Positions 46,017-55,255 are shown, counted from the first letter of the stretch. The stretch: 56,911 nt of DNA from Thermoanaerobaculia bacterium (GCA_051305935.1 JBPPMG010000529.1:1-56911); one strand, 5' to 3'. Program-made: numbers and translations. Notes: generated by a model not told the origin, from the letters alone.

Positions 46017-48383
46017 CTATCGCTTCCGGCAGAGCTTGCAGGCCTGGAGCCCGGCGGCCTCGGCGTCGCCCCGCGTTGCGAACCAGATGCGGGCGCCCTC
46101 GGCGAGATTCTTGACCGAATTGCACGTCACGCGGTGGTACTTCGACGACTTCTTCGCGGAGCTCGCAACGAATTCGCTCTGCGACAGAGCCGCTAAAGGC
46201 TCGCTCTCGACCGCGGCGGGAACAGTCTCCTCCGGAAGTTGCGTCGAGGCGAGCTCTTCGACCTCGACCTCCGGTTCGACCACCACTCCGACCGGCCCTG
46301 GCGCACCGTGCGGCACAAGCGCGATCGTCTCGTCCCCCACCGCCGACAGCTGGTGATCCCGAACCGCGATCGTCTCATCGCCGATAGCCGGATTGCGCTG
46401 GGTATCGTCGAGCGACGAGTCGCGGCTCTCGCCTCCGAGGCCGACTTGTTCGAACGCCGCCTGCTCGGCTTCAGCGAGCAGCATCTGGACGATCGAGTCC
46501 TCGTCAAGGAGGTACCCGACAACCGGAGGCATCACGTTGGGATGGCTCGCGGTGTGGATCTCAGCGAGCCCTGCTTCCACCTGCTCGCCCCAGTCCGGGT
46601 CGGGCTGCGCAGGGGAAGGATCGTGCGAAGCGCCGTCGGGATCGCCCGAAGCGCCCGATGCCGGACCTCGATCGACCGGCGGGGACTCCTCGCGGAGCGC
46701 CGCTCGCTGCAGCCCGCGTTCTACGATCGGCGGGATGTCGAGCCTAACCGGTACGAGCTGCAGCGAAGGCGGATCGCCCTCGATGAACGTGAAGAGCCCG
46801 TCCGTCCAGTCGAACACGCTGACGATTTCTTCTTCGGCCTTCAGCCGCATCGCCTTCGTCAGCGCCGTCTGGTCGATCGCGCCAGTCATCACGAGGATCC
46901 GCCCCAGCGCGATTCCGGTCTCCTCGTGCAACTCGACGGCATTCCGGTGCTGTAACGAGTCGATGATTCCCTCGCGGAGCAGGATCTCGCCGAGAAAAAG
47001 AGCCGGGTCATTCGACGTGCAAGAGAAGATCAAGCCGTCCTCGAGGAAGATTTTCTTCTCCACCGATACGGAGGAAAGGACGAGCGTTCCGGTGCGACGG
47101 TCCTTCGAGAGCTCGGCAAACAGCTCGCCGGCTGGCACCTCATCGAGCGACGTCCACTCCGCCTCGGCTGGGACATTGCTCGTGACGAGGTCGCGCTCGC
47201 GAAGCTCGCGCTCCGCCGACTCGAATCTGAGAGCGATCTCGTCGCGCTCGGCAGCGGAGCGGCGGAGCCTGTCCTCGACGTCCCGGCGCCGCTCCATTTC
47301 CTTGCGGAAGGCCTCGGCGAGGATCTTCATCTCGGCCATCTGCTCTCCGCCCTCGCGCTGGAACGATTCGAGAGCCTCGCGCAACGACAACGACTGGCTC
47401 TCCTTGCGCTGCACGTCGGCCTGGAGCTGACGGACCGTCGCGGTCAGCTCGTCGATCCGCGCCTCACTGGCCCTCTTGAGCCGCTCGTACGACTGCCTGT
47501 ACTCGTCGACCCCTCGCGCCTGCCCGCTCTCCCGGCACATCTCGATGAACCGGACGACTTCGTCGCCGCGCAGGTCGGGCAGGATGGAGACCTTGAGCCA
47601 CAGATTCACGCCGTCCTTGCCGACGCGCCAGTCGTCGCAGTCGAGACGTTTGTTGGTGAGCGCTGCGCGTAGGTCGCTCCGCGGCTTCTCCTCCCATACG
47701 TCGGACTCCCGATAGAGAACCGTGCGCGATCGGCCGACGATCTCCTTCGCGGTGAGCCCGAAGACCCGTTCGGCTCCCGTGTTCCAGCTCTCGATGATTC
47801 CCTGCGGATCGTAGGTGATCATCGCGATCTCCCGCATCTCCGCGAGGAGCGACTCGAGCGCGGTCGCTTCTTCGCGCCGCTGCGCTTCCTCTGCGTTCCT
47901 CGCCTCCGTCACGACGCATAGCCAGAGCTCGTCGGAGGAATCGTCGGTGCGAATGAAGCGGCTGAACGAGACCGTGAAGAGCCCGTATTGCCGGCTCCGC
48001 AGCATCAGGCGCTTCTCGAGCGAGTAGGACGCGATCTCCTTCGCGAGCAGTTTGCGCGCATGAGGGGCCTCGAGCTTGCGGTCCTCCGAGTGCGTCAGCT
48101 CGCGCATCGACGTGCGCAGTATCTCCTCGCGGGTGTAGCCGAGAATCTTGAGCAGCCGGTTGTTGACCTGGAGCCACTGCCCCTGCGCCGTGATGAGTGC
48201 CAGCCCGACAGGAGCGGCGTCGAACGCCTTCCGGAACATCTGCTCGCGCCGCGCCACGGCTCCCCCGACGGCGGTTTCGGGGCGGGCCTTCGCCGACTCT
48301 CCTCGTCGCCGCGTCAACACCCACATCAGCATCGCCCCGATCAGGGCCGTGAACAAGGGAGTCAGCGGGGAGAGGTCGTCCAT
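46017..48383 (-). CDS. Membrane-anchored PAS-PAS / coiled-coil / DUF4388 (PATAN-like) protein with C-terminal Ada-type zinc motif
   Basis: Start taken at ATG 48383 (MDDLSPLTPLFTALIGAMLMWVL). Two PAS-like blocks. DUF4388-like block (RRTGTLVLSSVSVEKKIFLEDGLIFSCTSND..LGEILLREGII). The C-terminus reads KYHRVTCNSV..ACKLCRK. Confidence 0.65.
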   Translation of the reverse strand: MDDLSPLTPLFTALIGAMLMWVLTRRRGESAKARPETAVGGAVARREQMFRKAFDAAPVGLALITAQGQWLQVNNRLLKILGYTREEILRTSMRELTHSEDRKLEAPHARKLLAKEIASYSLEKRLMLRSRQYGLFTVSFSRFIRTDDSSDELWLCVVTEARNAEEAQRREEATALESLLAEMREIAMITYDPQGIIESWNTGAERVFGLTAKEIVGRSRTVLYRESDVWEEKPRSDLRAALTNKRLDCDDWRVGKDGVNLWLKVSILPDLRGDEVVRFIEMCRESGQARGVDEYRQSYERLKRASEARIDELTATVRQLQADVQRKESQSLSLREALESFQREGGEQMAEMKILAEAFRKEMERRRDVEDRLRRSAAERDEIALRFESAERELRERDLVTSNVPAEAEWTSLDEVPAGELFAELSKDRRTGTLVLSSVSVEKKIFLEDGLIFSCTSNDPALFLGEILLREGIIDSLQHRNAVELHEETGIALGRILVMTGAIDQTALTKAMRLKAEEEIVSVFDWTDGLFTFIEGDPPSLQLVPVRLDIPPIVERGLQRAALREESPPVDRGPASGASGDPDGASHDPSPAQPDPDWGEQVEAGLAEIHTASHPNVMPPVVGYLLDEDSIVQMLLAEAEQAAFEQVGLGGESRDSSLDDTQRNPAIGDETIAVRDHQLSAVGDETIALVPHGAPGPVGVVVEPEVEVEELASTQLPEETVPAAVESEPLAALSQSEFVASSAKKSSKYHRVTCNSVKNLAEGARIWFATRGDAEAAGLQACKLCRKR

Positions 48384-48695
48384 GGAAGGTCTTCGGGAGA
48401 TTTTATGCGGAAACCGCCGGCGGGCGAAATGCTGCCCCGCTCGCGGCAGTGGGCAGGCACGACGCGATGGATCGGGTCCCCGGCCTTTCCGACGGAGGCG
48501 AATCGACGACGGGAAGCACGCTCGACTACGATCTGACAATCGCCGGCAAGCAGCCGGAGCCGCGCTCAATGGGATTCCGGCGCCGAGTAGTCTATTATGG
48601 ACTCACGGGGAGCCGATCCGGCGAGCTACGGCGCGAGTCCATAGTCCACTGTACACAGCGTTCCCTCTGCACAACAAAAAAGGAGCAATGAAAAT

Positions 48696-49121
48696 ATGAA
48701 GGCATCGTCTCAACTGAATCCTGCGCAGTCGCATTACGTGCTGTCACGCCTGATCGAGGACAAGAAGGTCTCGGCTCGCGACGTCGTCAACTATCTGGCG
48801 TCGATGCAGTCCGAGATCCGCGCGCTGGAGAACAGACTCGAGCACTTGCGCACTCTCTCCGGCACCTCAGCACCCGCGCGTCGCGGAAGGCCCGCGAAGG
48901 CGGGGAAGGCTGCGAAGACCGCGAAGGCGCCGAAGCCCGCGAAGAGGAAAGTCGTCCTCTCCCCTAAGCAGCGCGTATCGCGACAGCTCCAGGGCGTCTA
49001 CATGTCACTGATCCGACAGGTGCCGAAGACCCGGCGCACCGCCTACCAGAAGCTCGCGCAGGAGAAGGGTCGTCAGGCCGCGGTCGATCAGCTCAAGACC
49101 GATCTCGCCAAGAAGAAGTAG
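48696..49121 (+). CDS. Hypothetical small basic protein (coiled-coil N-terminus, RRGRP AT-hook-like motif, Lys/Ala-rich tract)
   Basis: ATG at 48696 after AAGGAG in a locally AT-rich leader. PARRGRPAKAGKAAKTAKAPKPAKRK. I recognise no family. Confidence 0.5.
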   Translation: MKASSQLNPAQSHYVLSRLIEDKKVSARDVVNYLASMQSEIRALENRLEHLRTLSGTSAPARRGRPAKAGKAAKTAKAPKPAKRKVVLSPKQRVSRQLQGVYMSLIRQVPKTRRTAYQKLAQEKGRQAAVDQLKTDLAKKK

Positions 49122-49257
49122 CATCGCCGATCATCAGCGGCGGCGAGGCCCCGGCGCCGCCTTCTCCCTTCAATTGCATGCCCTGAAGCACATCGGGCCG
49201 CGGCGGTGTCGCGAGAGGCTTCGCCTCCTCGGGCCCGTGGCGATCGAGGAGGATTCC

Positions 49258-50547
49258 TTGAGGCTTCGACCACTCCTGCTGATCTTTTTGTGCATGATCG
49301 CCGTCCCATCGCTTGCCGCGGACGATTTCGAGGCCCGCGCGCTTCGCATTCTCCGCGAGGCGCCACTCATCGACGGCCACAATGACATGCCGTGGGCAAT
49401 CCGCAGCCGCGTGAAGAATCGGATCGGACAGATCGATCTGCAGTCGGACACTCGAAAGCTCGAGAAGCCGATGCACACGGACATCCCTCGACTGCGTGCG
49501 GGGGGAGTCGGCGCGCAATTCTGGTCCGTCTGGGTTCCGGTCGACCTCGCCCCCACTGACGCGGTCCGCACGGTGATCGAGCAGATCGACGTCGTTCAGC
49601 GCGTTGCCGCCCGTTATCCCGAAGACTTCGAGATGGCGTACACGGCCGACGACATCGAGCGCATTCACAGGACGGGACGCATCGCGTCGCTCATCGGCGT
49701 GGAGGGCGGGCACTCCATCGCGAACTCACTCGCCGTCCTGCGCCAGCTCCACCGCTCCGGCGCCCGCTATATGACACTCACTCACTGGAAGAACACCGAC
49801 TGGGCCGACGCCGCGACGGACGAGCCACAGTGCGGCGGGCTCACGCCGTTCGGACTCGAGGTGGTGCGCGAAATGAACCGCATGGGCATGCTCGTCGACC
49901 TTTCGCACGTCTCCCCGCAGACGATGGCGCAGGCGATCGAGCTGTCCGAAGCTCCCGTCATCTTCAGCCACTCGTCCGCCTTCGCAGTCGCGCAACACAG
50001 GCGCAACGTTCCGGACGACGTCCTGGCCACCTTGCGAGGCAGGGACGGCATCGTCATGGTCACCTTCGTCGCCGGCTTCGACTCGGAAGCGGTACGCCAG
50101 TGGAGCGCATCGAGATCGGGCGAGGAAGCCAGATTGAAGTCGCTTCATCCGGAGAGCGAGGCGACTCGAAAGGCGATGCTGGATGCGTGGAAGAAGGCGA
50201 ATCCCGAGCCTCGCGTGCGGATCGGCGAAGTGGCCGACCACATCGACCACGTGCGGAAGGTCGCCGGAGTCGATCACGTCGGTATCGGAGGCGACTTCGA
50301 CGGATTCGACTCGGCACCGATCGGCCTCGAAGGTGTCGAAGGCTACCCGGCGCTCTTCGCCGAACTTCTGCGCCGCGGATACTCCGACGACGACCTGCGC
50401 GCGATCGCCGGCCGCAATCTCCTGCGCGTCATGCGCAAGGCGGAGGCCGTGGCGAAGAGGCTGCAGGCCGAACGCCAGCCGTCCGACGTGCTCATCGAAG
50501 ACGTCGACCGGCCGCGTGCGGTGAGTCGCGCCACCGCGCACGAGTGA
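49258..50547 (+). CDS. Membrane dipeptidase (peptidase M19)
   Basis: Start proposed at TTG 49258 after GAGGAGG, giving the signal peptide MRLRPLLLIFLCMIAVPSLAA. LIDGHNDMPW, HWKNTDWAD, DLSHVS and GIGGDFDG are M19 motifs. Confidence 0.85.
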   Translation: MRLRPLLLIFLCMIAVPSLAADDFEARALRILREAPLIDGHNDMPWAIRSRVKNRIGQIDLQSDTRKLEKPMHTDIPRLRAGGVGAQFWSVWVPVDLAPTDAVRTVIEQIDVVQRVAARYPEDFEMAYTADDIERIHRTGRIASLIGVEGGHSIANSLAVLRQLHRSGARYMTLTHWKNTDWADAATDEPQCGGLTPFGLEVVREMNRMGMLVDLSHVSPQTMAQAIELSEAPVIFSHSSAFAVAQHRRNVPDDVLATLRGRDGIVMVTFVAGFDSEAVRQWSASRSGEEARLKSLHPESEATRKAMLDAWKKANPEPRVRIGEVADHIDHVRKVAGVDHVGIGGDFDGFDSAPIGLEGVEGYPALFAELLRRGYSDDDLRAIAGRNLLRVMRKAEAVAKRLQAERQPSDVLIEDVDRPRAVSRATAHE

Positions 50548-50553
50548 CGAGTC

Positions 50554-50580
50554 GTCGTCCTGAGCGCAGCGAAGGACGAC
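50554..50580. repeat. Small palindromic hairpin GTCGTCCT-GAGCGCAGCGA-AGGACGAC
   Basis: 8-bp stem with an 11-nt loop, between the convergent dipeptidase and fur genes. The ..TCCTGAGCGCAGCGAAGGA.. core resembles a REP-like hairpin I recall seeing in many unrelated genomes. Confidence 0.45.
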
Positions 50581-50662
50581 ATGGCGTGCGAACGACGCTG
50601 AGTGGCTTGCGTTCGGAGATTCGATCACGTCCACAGGAGCGGCGACACCTACGCCAGACCCG

Positions 50663-51169
50663 CTACTTGCGCAGCTTCGTCGCGCCTTCGTCGATCATCT
50701 TGACGCGATCGGGCGCATCGGGGAGCTCGCCCTTCTTCTGGCAGCGCTGGCATACGCCGAGGATCTGCAGATTGTGAAAGGTTGGCTGGAAGTTATTGCG
50801 CTTGCAGATGTCCCACTGTCGCGATTCGAGCTCGGGGTCGTGAAACTCGATCACCGCACCGCACGTGGTGCAGACGAGATGGTCGTGATGTGAGCCTTTC
50901 CCGACCCATTCGTAGTGATAGTGGTCCTCGCCGAGATGAACACGTCGGACGACGCCCGAACGAACGAGCAGCTCGAGCGTGCGGTAGACCGTCGCGCGCG
51001 AGGACTTGACCCCTTTCGCTTTCAGCTTGTCGAGAAGCTCGTCGGCATCGAAGTGGTATCGAGTGCCGAAGATCTCTCGCACGAGCGCTGCGCGCTCCTT
51101 GGTCACCTTCAACCCACTCCGCTGAAGGAAGGAGTTGAACCGCTCGATGGCTTTCTCGGCTCCGGACAT
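50663..51169 (-). CDS. fur: Fur family transcriptional regulator
   Basis: SRATVYRTLELL (HTH), HHDHLVCTTCGAVIEF and a C-terminal CQRC. 168 aa. Confidence 0.85.
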   Translation of the reverse strand: MSGAEKAIERFNSFLQRSGLKVTKERAALVREIFGTRYHFDADELLDKLKAKGVKSSRATVYRTLELLVRSGVVRRVHLGEDHYHYEWVGKGSHHDHLVCTTCGAVIEFHDPELESRQWDICKRNNFQPTFHNLQILGVCQRCQKKGELPDAPDRVKMIDEGATKLRK

Positions 51170-51227
51170 GGGCCAAGTCTAGCAAACCTGCAAGCCGCCT
51201 TCCCCTGGGACGGCAATACGGGTAAAG

Positions 51228-52100
51228 ATGGCGATGATGACCGAGCATCGGGCTGCGATCGGGCTGCTCCTTCTCGCCTCCGTGATCTGGGGCGGGACCT
51301 TCGTCGTCATCAAGGACGGCATGGCGTCGGTCTCTCCCGAACTGCTGATCCTGCTTCGCTTCGCGCTCGCGAGCGTCGTCCTCCTGCCGATCGCCCTCCT
51401 GACTCGACAGCTCGACCGTCGGGCGTTGCGCTCCGGCATAATTCTCGGCGTTTTCCTCTGGCTCGGATTCTGGCTCCAGACCCGCGGCCTCCTCACCACC
51501 TCTCCGCTGCGATCGGCGTTCCTCACCGCGCTCGGTGTCGTTTTCGTTCCGGCACTCGACCTGGTGCTTTACCGCACGCGCATCGGCTGGAAGGCGGCCG
51601 TGGCGGCGCTCCTCGCGCTCGGTGGAACCCTGGTCCTCGTCGGGGGCTTCGAGGCGCGCTTCTCGATCGGCGACACGTTGACGGTTCTCTGCGCGCTCGT
51701 CTTCGCCATCTATCTCGTGCTCGCCGCGAAGCGAAGCCGCGAGTCGGGGCCGATCGGTCTCGTCTTCGTGCAGGTCGTCACCGTGACGATCCTCTCGTTA
51801 CCGCTCGCGGTTACAGTCGAGAGCGGACCGATCGATCGCGCGGCGATCGTCGCGATCGTCATCACAGCCCTGCTTGCCACCTGTGCGGCGTTCTTCATCC
51901 TCATGTGGGCGCAGGCGCGAACCACCGCGCTCGAAGCGGCAATCATCCTCTCTCTCGAGCCCGTTGCCGCGGGAGCCACCTCCTGGGTCACCGGGAACGA
52001 ACCGATCACGACGCACGCGATCGTCGGCGGCACGCTGATCTTCGCCGCAACGATCCTCTGTCAGTTCGACGGCGCGAAGCAGATCGACTCGGCGGCCTAG
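51228..52100 (+). CDS. EamA/DMT family transporter
   Basis: Ten predicted TM helices in two EamA-like halves (WGGTFVVIKDG...). 290 aa. Confidence 0.8.
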   Translation: MAMMTEHRAAIGLLLLASVIWGGTFVVIKDGMASVSPELLILLRFALASVVLLPIALLTRQLDRRALRSGIILGVFLWLGFWLQTRGLLTTSPLRSAFLTALGVVFVPALDLVLYRTRIGWKAAVAALLALGGTLVLVGGFEARFSIGDTLTVLCALVFAIYLVLAAKRSRESGPIGLVFVQVVTVTILSLPLAVTVESGPIDRAAIVAIVITALLATCAAFFILMWAQARTTALEAAIILSLEPVAAGATSWVTGNEPITTHAIVGGTLIFAATILCQFDGAKQIDSAA

Positions 52101-52531
52101 GGTCCAGGCGGCAGCTCGCACCGTACCGTGCCGAAGATCCGTCGCCGGTACCGGGCGATCACGTCGTAGACCGGATCGCGAAGGATCCGCGGAACGATGC
52201 CGGCGAGCCCGCCGAGGACCGGCCAGGGCCCGGGCAAACTTCGCAACACACGAAGCACGCCGGTCGACTTCGTGTACGCGATCCCGTCATCGACGAGCAC
52301 CATCGTGCTCATCTCGTCGACCGGAATGCCGTGCCGCGCGAGAATCCCCCGCCCCTCGGGGGACTGCTGCGGAATCAGCTCGAACTCCCCGCGCGGATCA
52401 CGCGTCGTCACGAATCTCGCCCATCCGCTGCACATCCGGCACTCGCCGTCAAACAGAACGATGCGCTTCCGTGACGCCGATGTTGCCTCGGCGTAACCCT
52501 TTTTGCCGGCCACACTCCTATGATCGGTCAT
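52097..52531 (-). CDS. Thiol-disulfide oxidoreductase DCC family (DUF393)
   Basis: Start taken at ATG 52531. VLFDGECRMCSGWARFV is the DxxCxxC DCC motif. Confidence 0.75.
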   Translation of the reverse strand: MTDHRSVAGKKGYAEATSASRKRIVLFDGECRMCSGWARFVTTRDPRGEFELIPQQSPEGRGILARHGIPVDEMSTMVLVDDGIAYTKSTGVLRVLRSLPGPWPVLGGLAGIVPRILRDPVYDVIARYRRRIFGTVRCELPPGP

Positions 52532-52614
52532 GGAGCCCGAATTATTCGCACGGGTTTCGCGCCACGCCTCCGTGAATGCGCGCAACGACCCTCCCGAGCT
52601 CCGAGGTGACCGAC

Positions 52615-53754
52615 ATGACTTTCCGACCACGCGCGCTTCTCTTCCTCCTGATTCTGGCACTCGCTTCGCGCAGCGAGGCCGCCGAAGTGTTCCGACTCGA
52701 GTCAGCCATCCTGGGCGAGGAGCGGACGATCTACGTGCGGGTCCCGCCAGGCTACGCGCAGGGCACCTCGGTCCATCCGACCATCTACGTCACCGACGCG
52801 GATGCCGCGTTCGAGCACCTCTGCGTCACGACGGAGTTCCTCGAACGCAATCGCCGCATCCCGCCGATGATCGTCGTCGGGATCACGAACACGAATCGAA
52901 CGCGCGACCTCACACCGACCATGGAGGAGAGGCGCCAAGGCACGGGAGGCGGGGAGCGGTTTCTCGACTTTTTCGAGAAGGAGCTCATCCCTAACATCGA
53001 GAAGCAGTACCGAACCGCGCCCTGGCGGGTGTTCGCCGGGCACTCGCTCGGCGGACTCTTCTCGCTTTGGGCCCTGGCGACGCGCCCGACCTTGTTCAAC
53101 GCGCACATCGCGGTCAGCCCCTCGCTCCACTATGACGAAGGAGTCGTGCTCGGGCGCCTCGAGAAGGCCTTCGCCCAGCCCTGGCCGCGCCCCACTCGCC
53201 TCTGGGTCAGCACCGGCGGGGAGGGACCCGAAAACGCCGCAAACTTCGCGAAGCTCGAGAAGCTGTTGAAGCGGAAGGCCCCGCGCAGCCTCGAATGGGG
53301 CACCCGCACCTTTCCTGACGAAGACCACGGATCGGTCGTGCTTCCGAGCCACTACTACGGCCTCCGGCAGATCTTCTCCGACTGGACCCCATCGCTTCGG
53401 ACTGCCGTGGGGCCGGTCGAGGAGCCGGTGCGCTTTCTCGACGCGCACTACGCGCGGCTCACGAAAACCTACGGCTACGAGATCCGCACACCCGAAGCGG
53501 TGATCAACCAGATCGGCTACCGGGAGCTCGCCGCGGGAAATACGATCCGGGGAATCGAGATCCTCGCCGACAACGCGCGCCGCTACCCCGACTCACCGAA
53601 CGTCTACGACTCGCTCGCCGAGGCGTACGAGACCGACGGGCAACTGGAGAAGGCGCGAGGCCTCTATAAGCAGGCGTGGGAACTGGCCGCGAAACGGAAC
53701 GACACGCTCGCCGAAACCTTCCGCGAGCACTACGAGCGCGTCGCGCCGAAATAG
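52615..53754 (+). CDS. Secreted alpha/beta-hydrolase (esterase family) with C-terminal TPR-like repeats
   Basis: ATG at 52615 with signal peptide LLFLLILALASRSEA. Nucleophile elbow GHSLGG. C-terminal helical repeats (YDSLAEAYETDGQLEKARGLYKQAWEL). Confidence 0.7.
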   Translation: MTFRPRALLFLLILALASRSEAAEVFRLESAILGEERTIYVRVPPGYAQGTSVHPTIYVTDADAAFEHLCVTTEFLERNRRIPPMIVVGITNTNRTRDLTPTMEERRQGTGGGERFLDFFEKELIPNIEKQYRTAPWRVFAGHSLGGLFSLWALATRPTLFNAHIAVSPSLHYDEGVVLGRLEKAFAQPWPRPTRLWVSTGGEGPENAANFAKLEKLLKRKAPRSLEWGTRTFPDEDHGSVVLPSHYYGLRQIFSDWTPSLRTAVGPVEEPVRFLDAHYARLTKTYGYEIRTPEAVINQIGYRELAAGNTIRGIEILADNARRYPDSPNVYDSLAEAYETDGQLEKARGLYKQAWELAAKRNDTLAETFREHYERVAPK

Positions 53755-53772
53755 GAGCTTCGAAACGCTACG

Positions 53773-54948
53773 CTAGTCGGTCCAGGCGCGCTGCCCCTTC
53801 TTCTTCTTCGCCTTTTCGAACTCACGATGCAGGAGCGCCATCAGCTCGCCGCGCTTCTTGTAGAGGCGTTTCGGTGTCCGCTTCGCACGCCGCTCGAGCG
53901 CGTAGGCGGTCAGAATCGGCAGCGTGATCGTCGAGTCGCCGTAGCAGACGACGCAGTCGGGCAGAGAATCGGGATTCACCTTGCCCCACGACACCGCCTC
54001 GCCCGGCGTCGCGCCCGAGAGCCCGCCCGTGTCGGGTCGCGCATCTGTGAACTGGAGGAAGTAGTCGTGCCCTTCCTCGTCGATCATCAGCACTTCCTGG
54101 ATCTGCGGCTCGGTCTGCAGCATGAAGTTCTTCGGGCTTCCGCCGCCGAAGATCAGCACGGCCGACGTGCCGGAGCGCTTCGCGCCGAGAACGATCGCAG
54201 CGGTCTCGTTGACGTCGAGCGAGACGTCGAAGTTCAGCGTGCCGCCCGCAAGCTGCAGACCGGCCACGTTCATGCCGATCGACGAGTCGCCCGGCGAGCT
54301 CGTGTAGATCGGAACGTCGTACTGGTAGGCGGAGGACAGGAGCGACACCGTGCCGATGCCGAGCTTGCGCTCGGTCTCGTGAACGTAGCGCCCGACCCGC
54401 CAGTGGAACTCCGCGGTCGACATCATTCCCTGGAACTCCGGCTGCGACAGGACCGTGCGGAAGAACCGGTCGGTGTCGAGCAGCACGCGATAGTCGAACA
54501 GGATGTCGTAGATCCGGACCACCCCTTCCTCGCGGAGGATCCGGTCGTCGAGCGACGGCGAGCCGTGATGGAGCTGGAGGCCGATGCCGAAGTGCGCGTC
54601 GTGATAGAGGTTCGCGCCGGTCGAGACGATCCAGTCGACGAATCCCGCCTCGATCAGGGGAATCAGCGCCGACTTGCCTAACCCCGTCGGCGTCAGCGCC
54701 CCCGTGAGCGACATCCCGACGGTGCAGTTCTCGGCCAGCATCTTTTCCGTGAACAGATGGCAGCCTTCGCGCAGCCGCCCCCCGTTGTACGACGTGAACG
54801 CGTTGTCGACGAGGTCCGCGACCTTCACTCCCTTGCGGATCGGATCGGGATAGATCCGCTTTCCGCTGAGGAACTTCGATTCGGCCTTCTTCGGTTTCGC
54901 GGCGCTCTTCGTCGCCTTCTTCTTCGGATTCGGCGTGCGGGTACCCAT
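53773..54948 (-). CDS. Deoxyhypusine synthase family protein with Lys-rich N-terminal tail
   Basis: ATG at 54948 after [41 protein letters not shown] and [13 protein letters not shown] fit the DHS/homospermidine-synthase-like fold. Confidence 0.8.
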   Translation of the reverse strand: MGTRTPNPKKKATKSAAKPKKAESKFLSGKRIYPDPIRKGVKVADLVDNAFTSYNGGRLREGCHLFTEKMLAENCTVGMSLTGALTPTGLGKSALIPLIEAGFVDWIVSTGANLYHDAHFGIGLQLHHGSPSLDDRILREEGVVRIYDILFDYRVLLDTDRFFRTVLSQPEFQGMMSTAEFHWRVGRYVHETERKLGIGTVSLLSSAYQYDVPIYTSSPGDSSIGMNVAGLQLAGGTLNFDVSLDVNETAAIVLGAKRSGTSAVLIFGGGSPKNFMLQTEPQIQEVLMIDEEGHDYFLQFTDARPDTGGLSGATPGEAVSWGKVNPDSLPDCVVCYGDSTITLPILTAYALERRAKRTPKRLYKKRGELMALLHREFEKAKKKKGQRAWTD

Positions 54949-55013
54949 GTTCGGATCCTCCCCTCGGTTGTCGCGGCGATTATATGGTCTGGAGACGGAC
55001 GGCGATGAGGCCG

Positions 55014-55178
55014 GCCAAAGGCCAGAGGCCAGAGGCCAGAGGCCAAAGCAGGCAGTGGTACTTCGTGGGCCGTCGATGAGCGAGAGCGTCGTTTGCGATG
55101 CGGGATGAGAGACGCGAATTAACGCTACTGGTCAGCTTGACTTCGCCTGCTCTGGCCTTTGGCCTTTGGCCTCTGGCC
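55014..55178. repeat. Composite element: 5 heptamers (GCCAGAG/GCCAAAG), a ~102-bp core, then 4 inverted heptamers (TCTGGCC/TTTGGCC)
   Basis: Phased by hand. Left array 55014..55048, right array 55151..55178. The dyad continues into the core (AAGCAGGC and GCCTGCTC). Confidence 0.9.
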
Positions 55179-55197
55179 CACCCTCTCGCCTCTAGTG

Positions 55198-55218
55198 GCA
55201 ACGGCCTCCGGCCGTTGC
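55198..55218. other. 9-bp perfect hairpin GCAACGGCC-TCC-GGCCGTTGC
   Basis: Read directly. It lies 38 nt downstream (on the minus strand) of the SirB1-like stop codon. There is no U tract. Confidence 0.4.
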
Positions 55219-55255
55219 GCGAAGGCCAGAGGACTTCGCTACAAGGCCTCCACCA

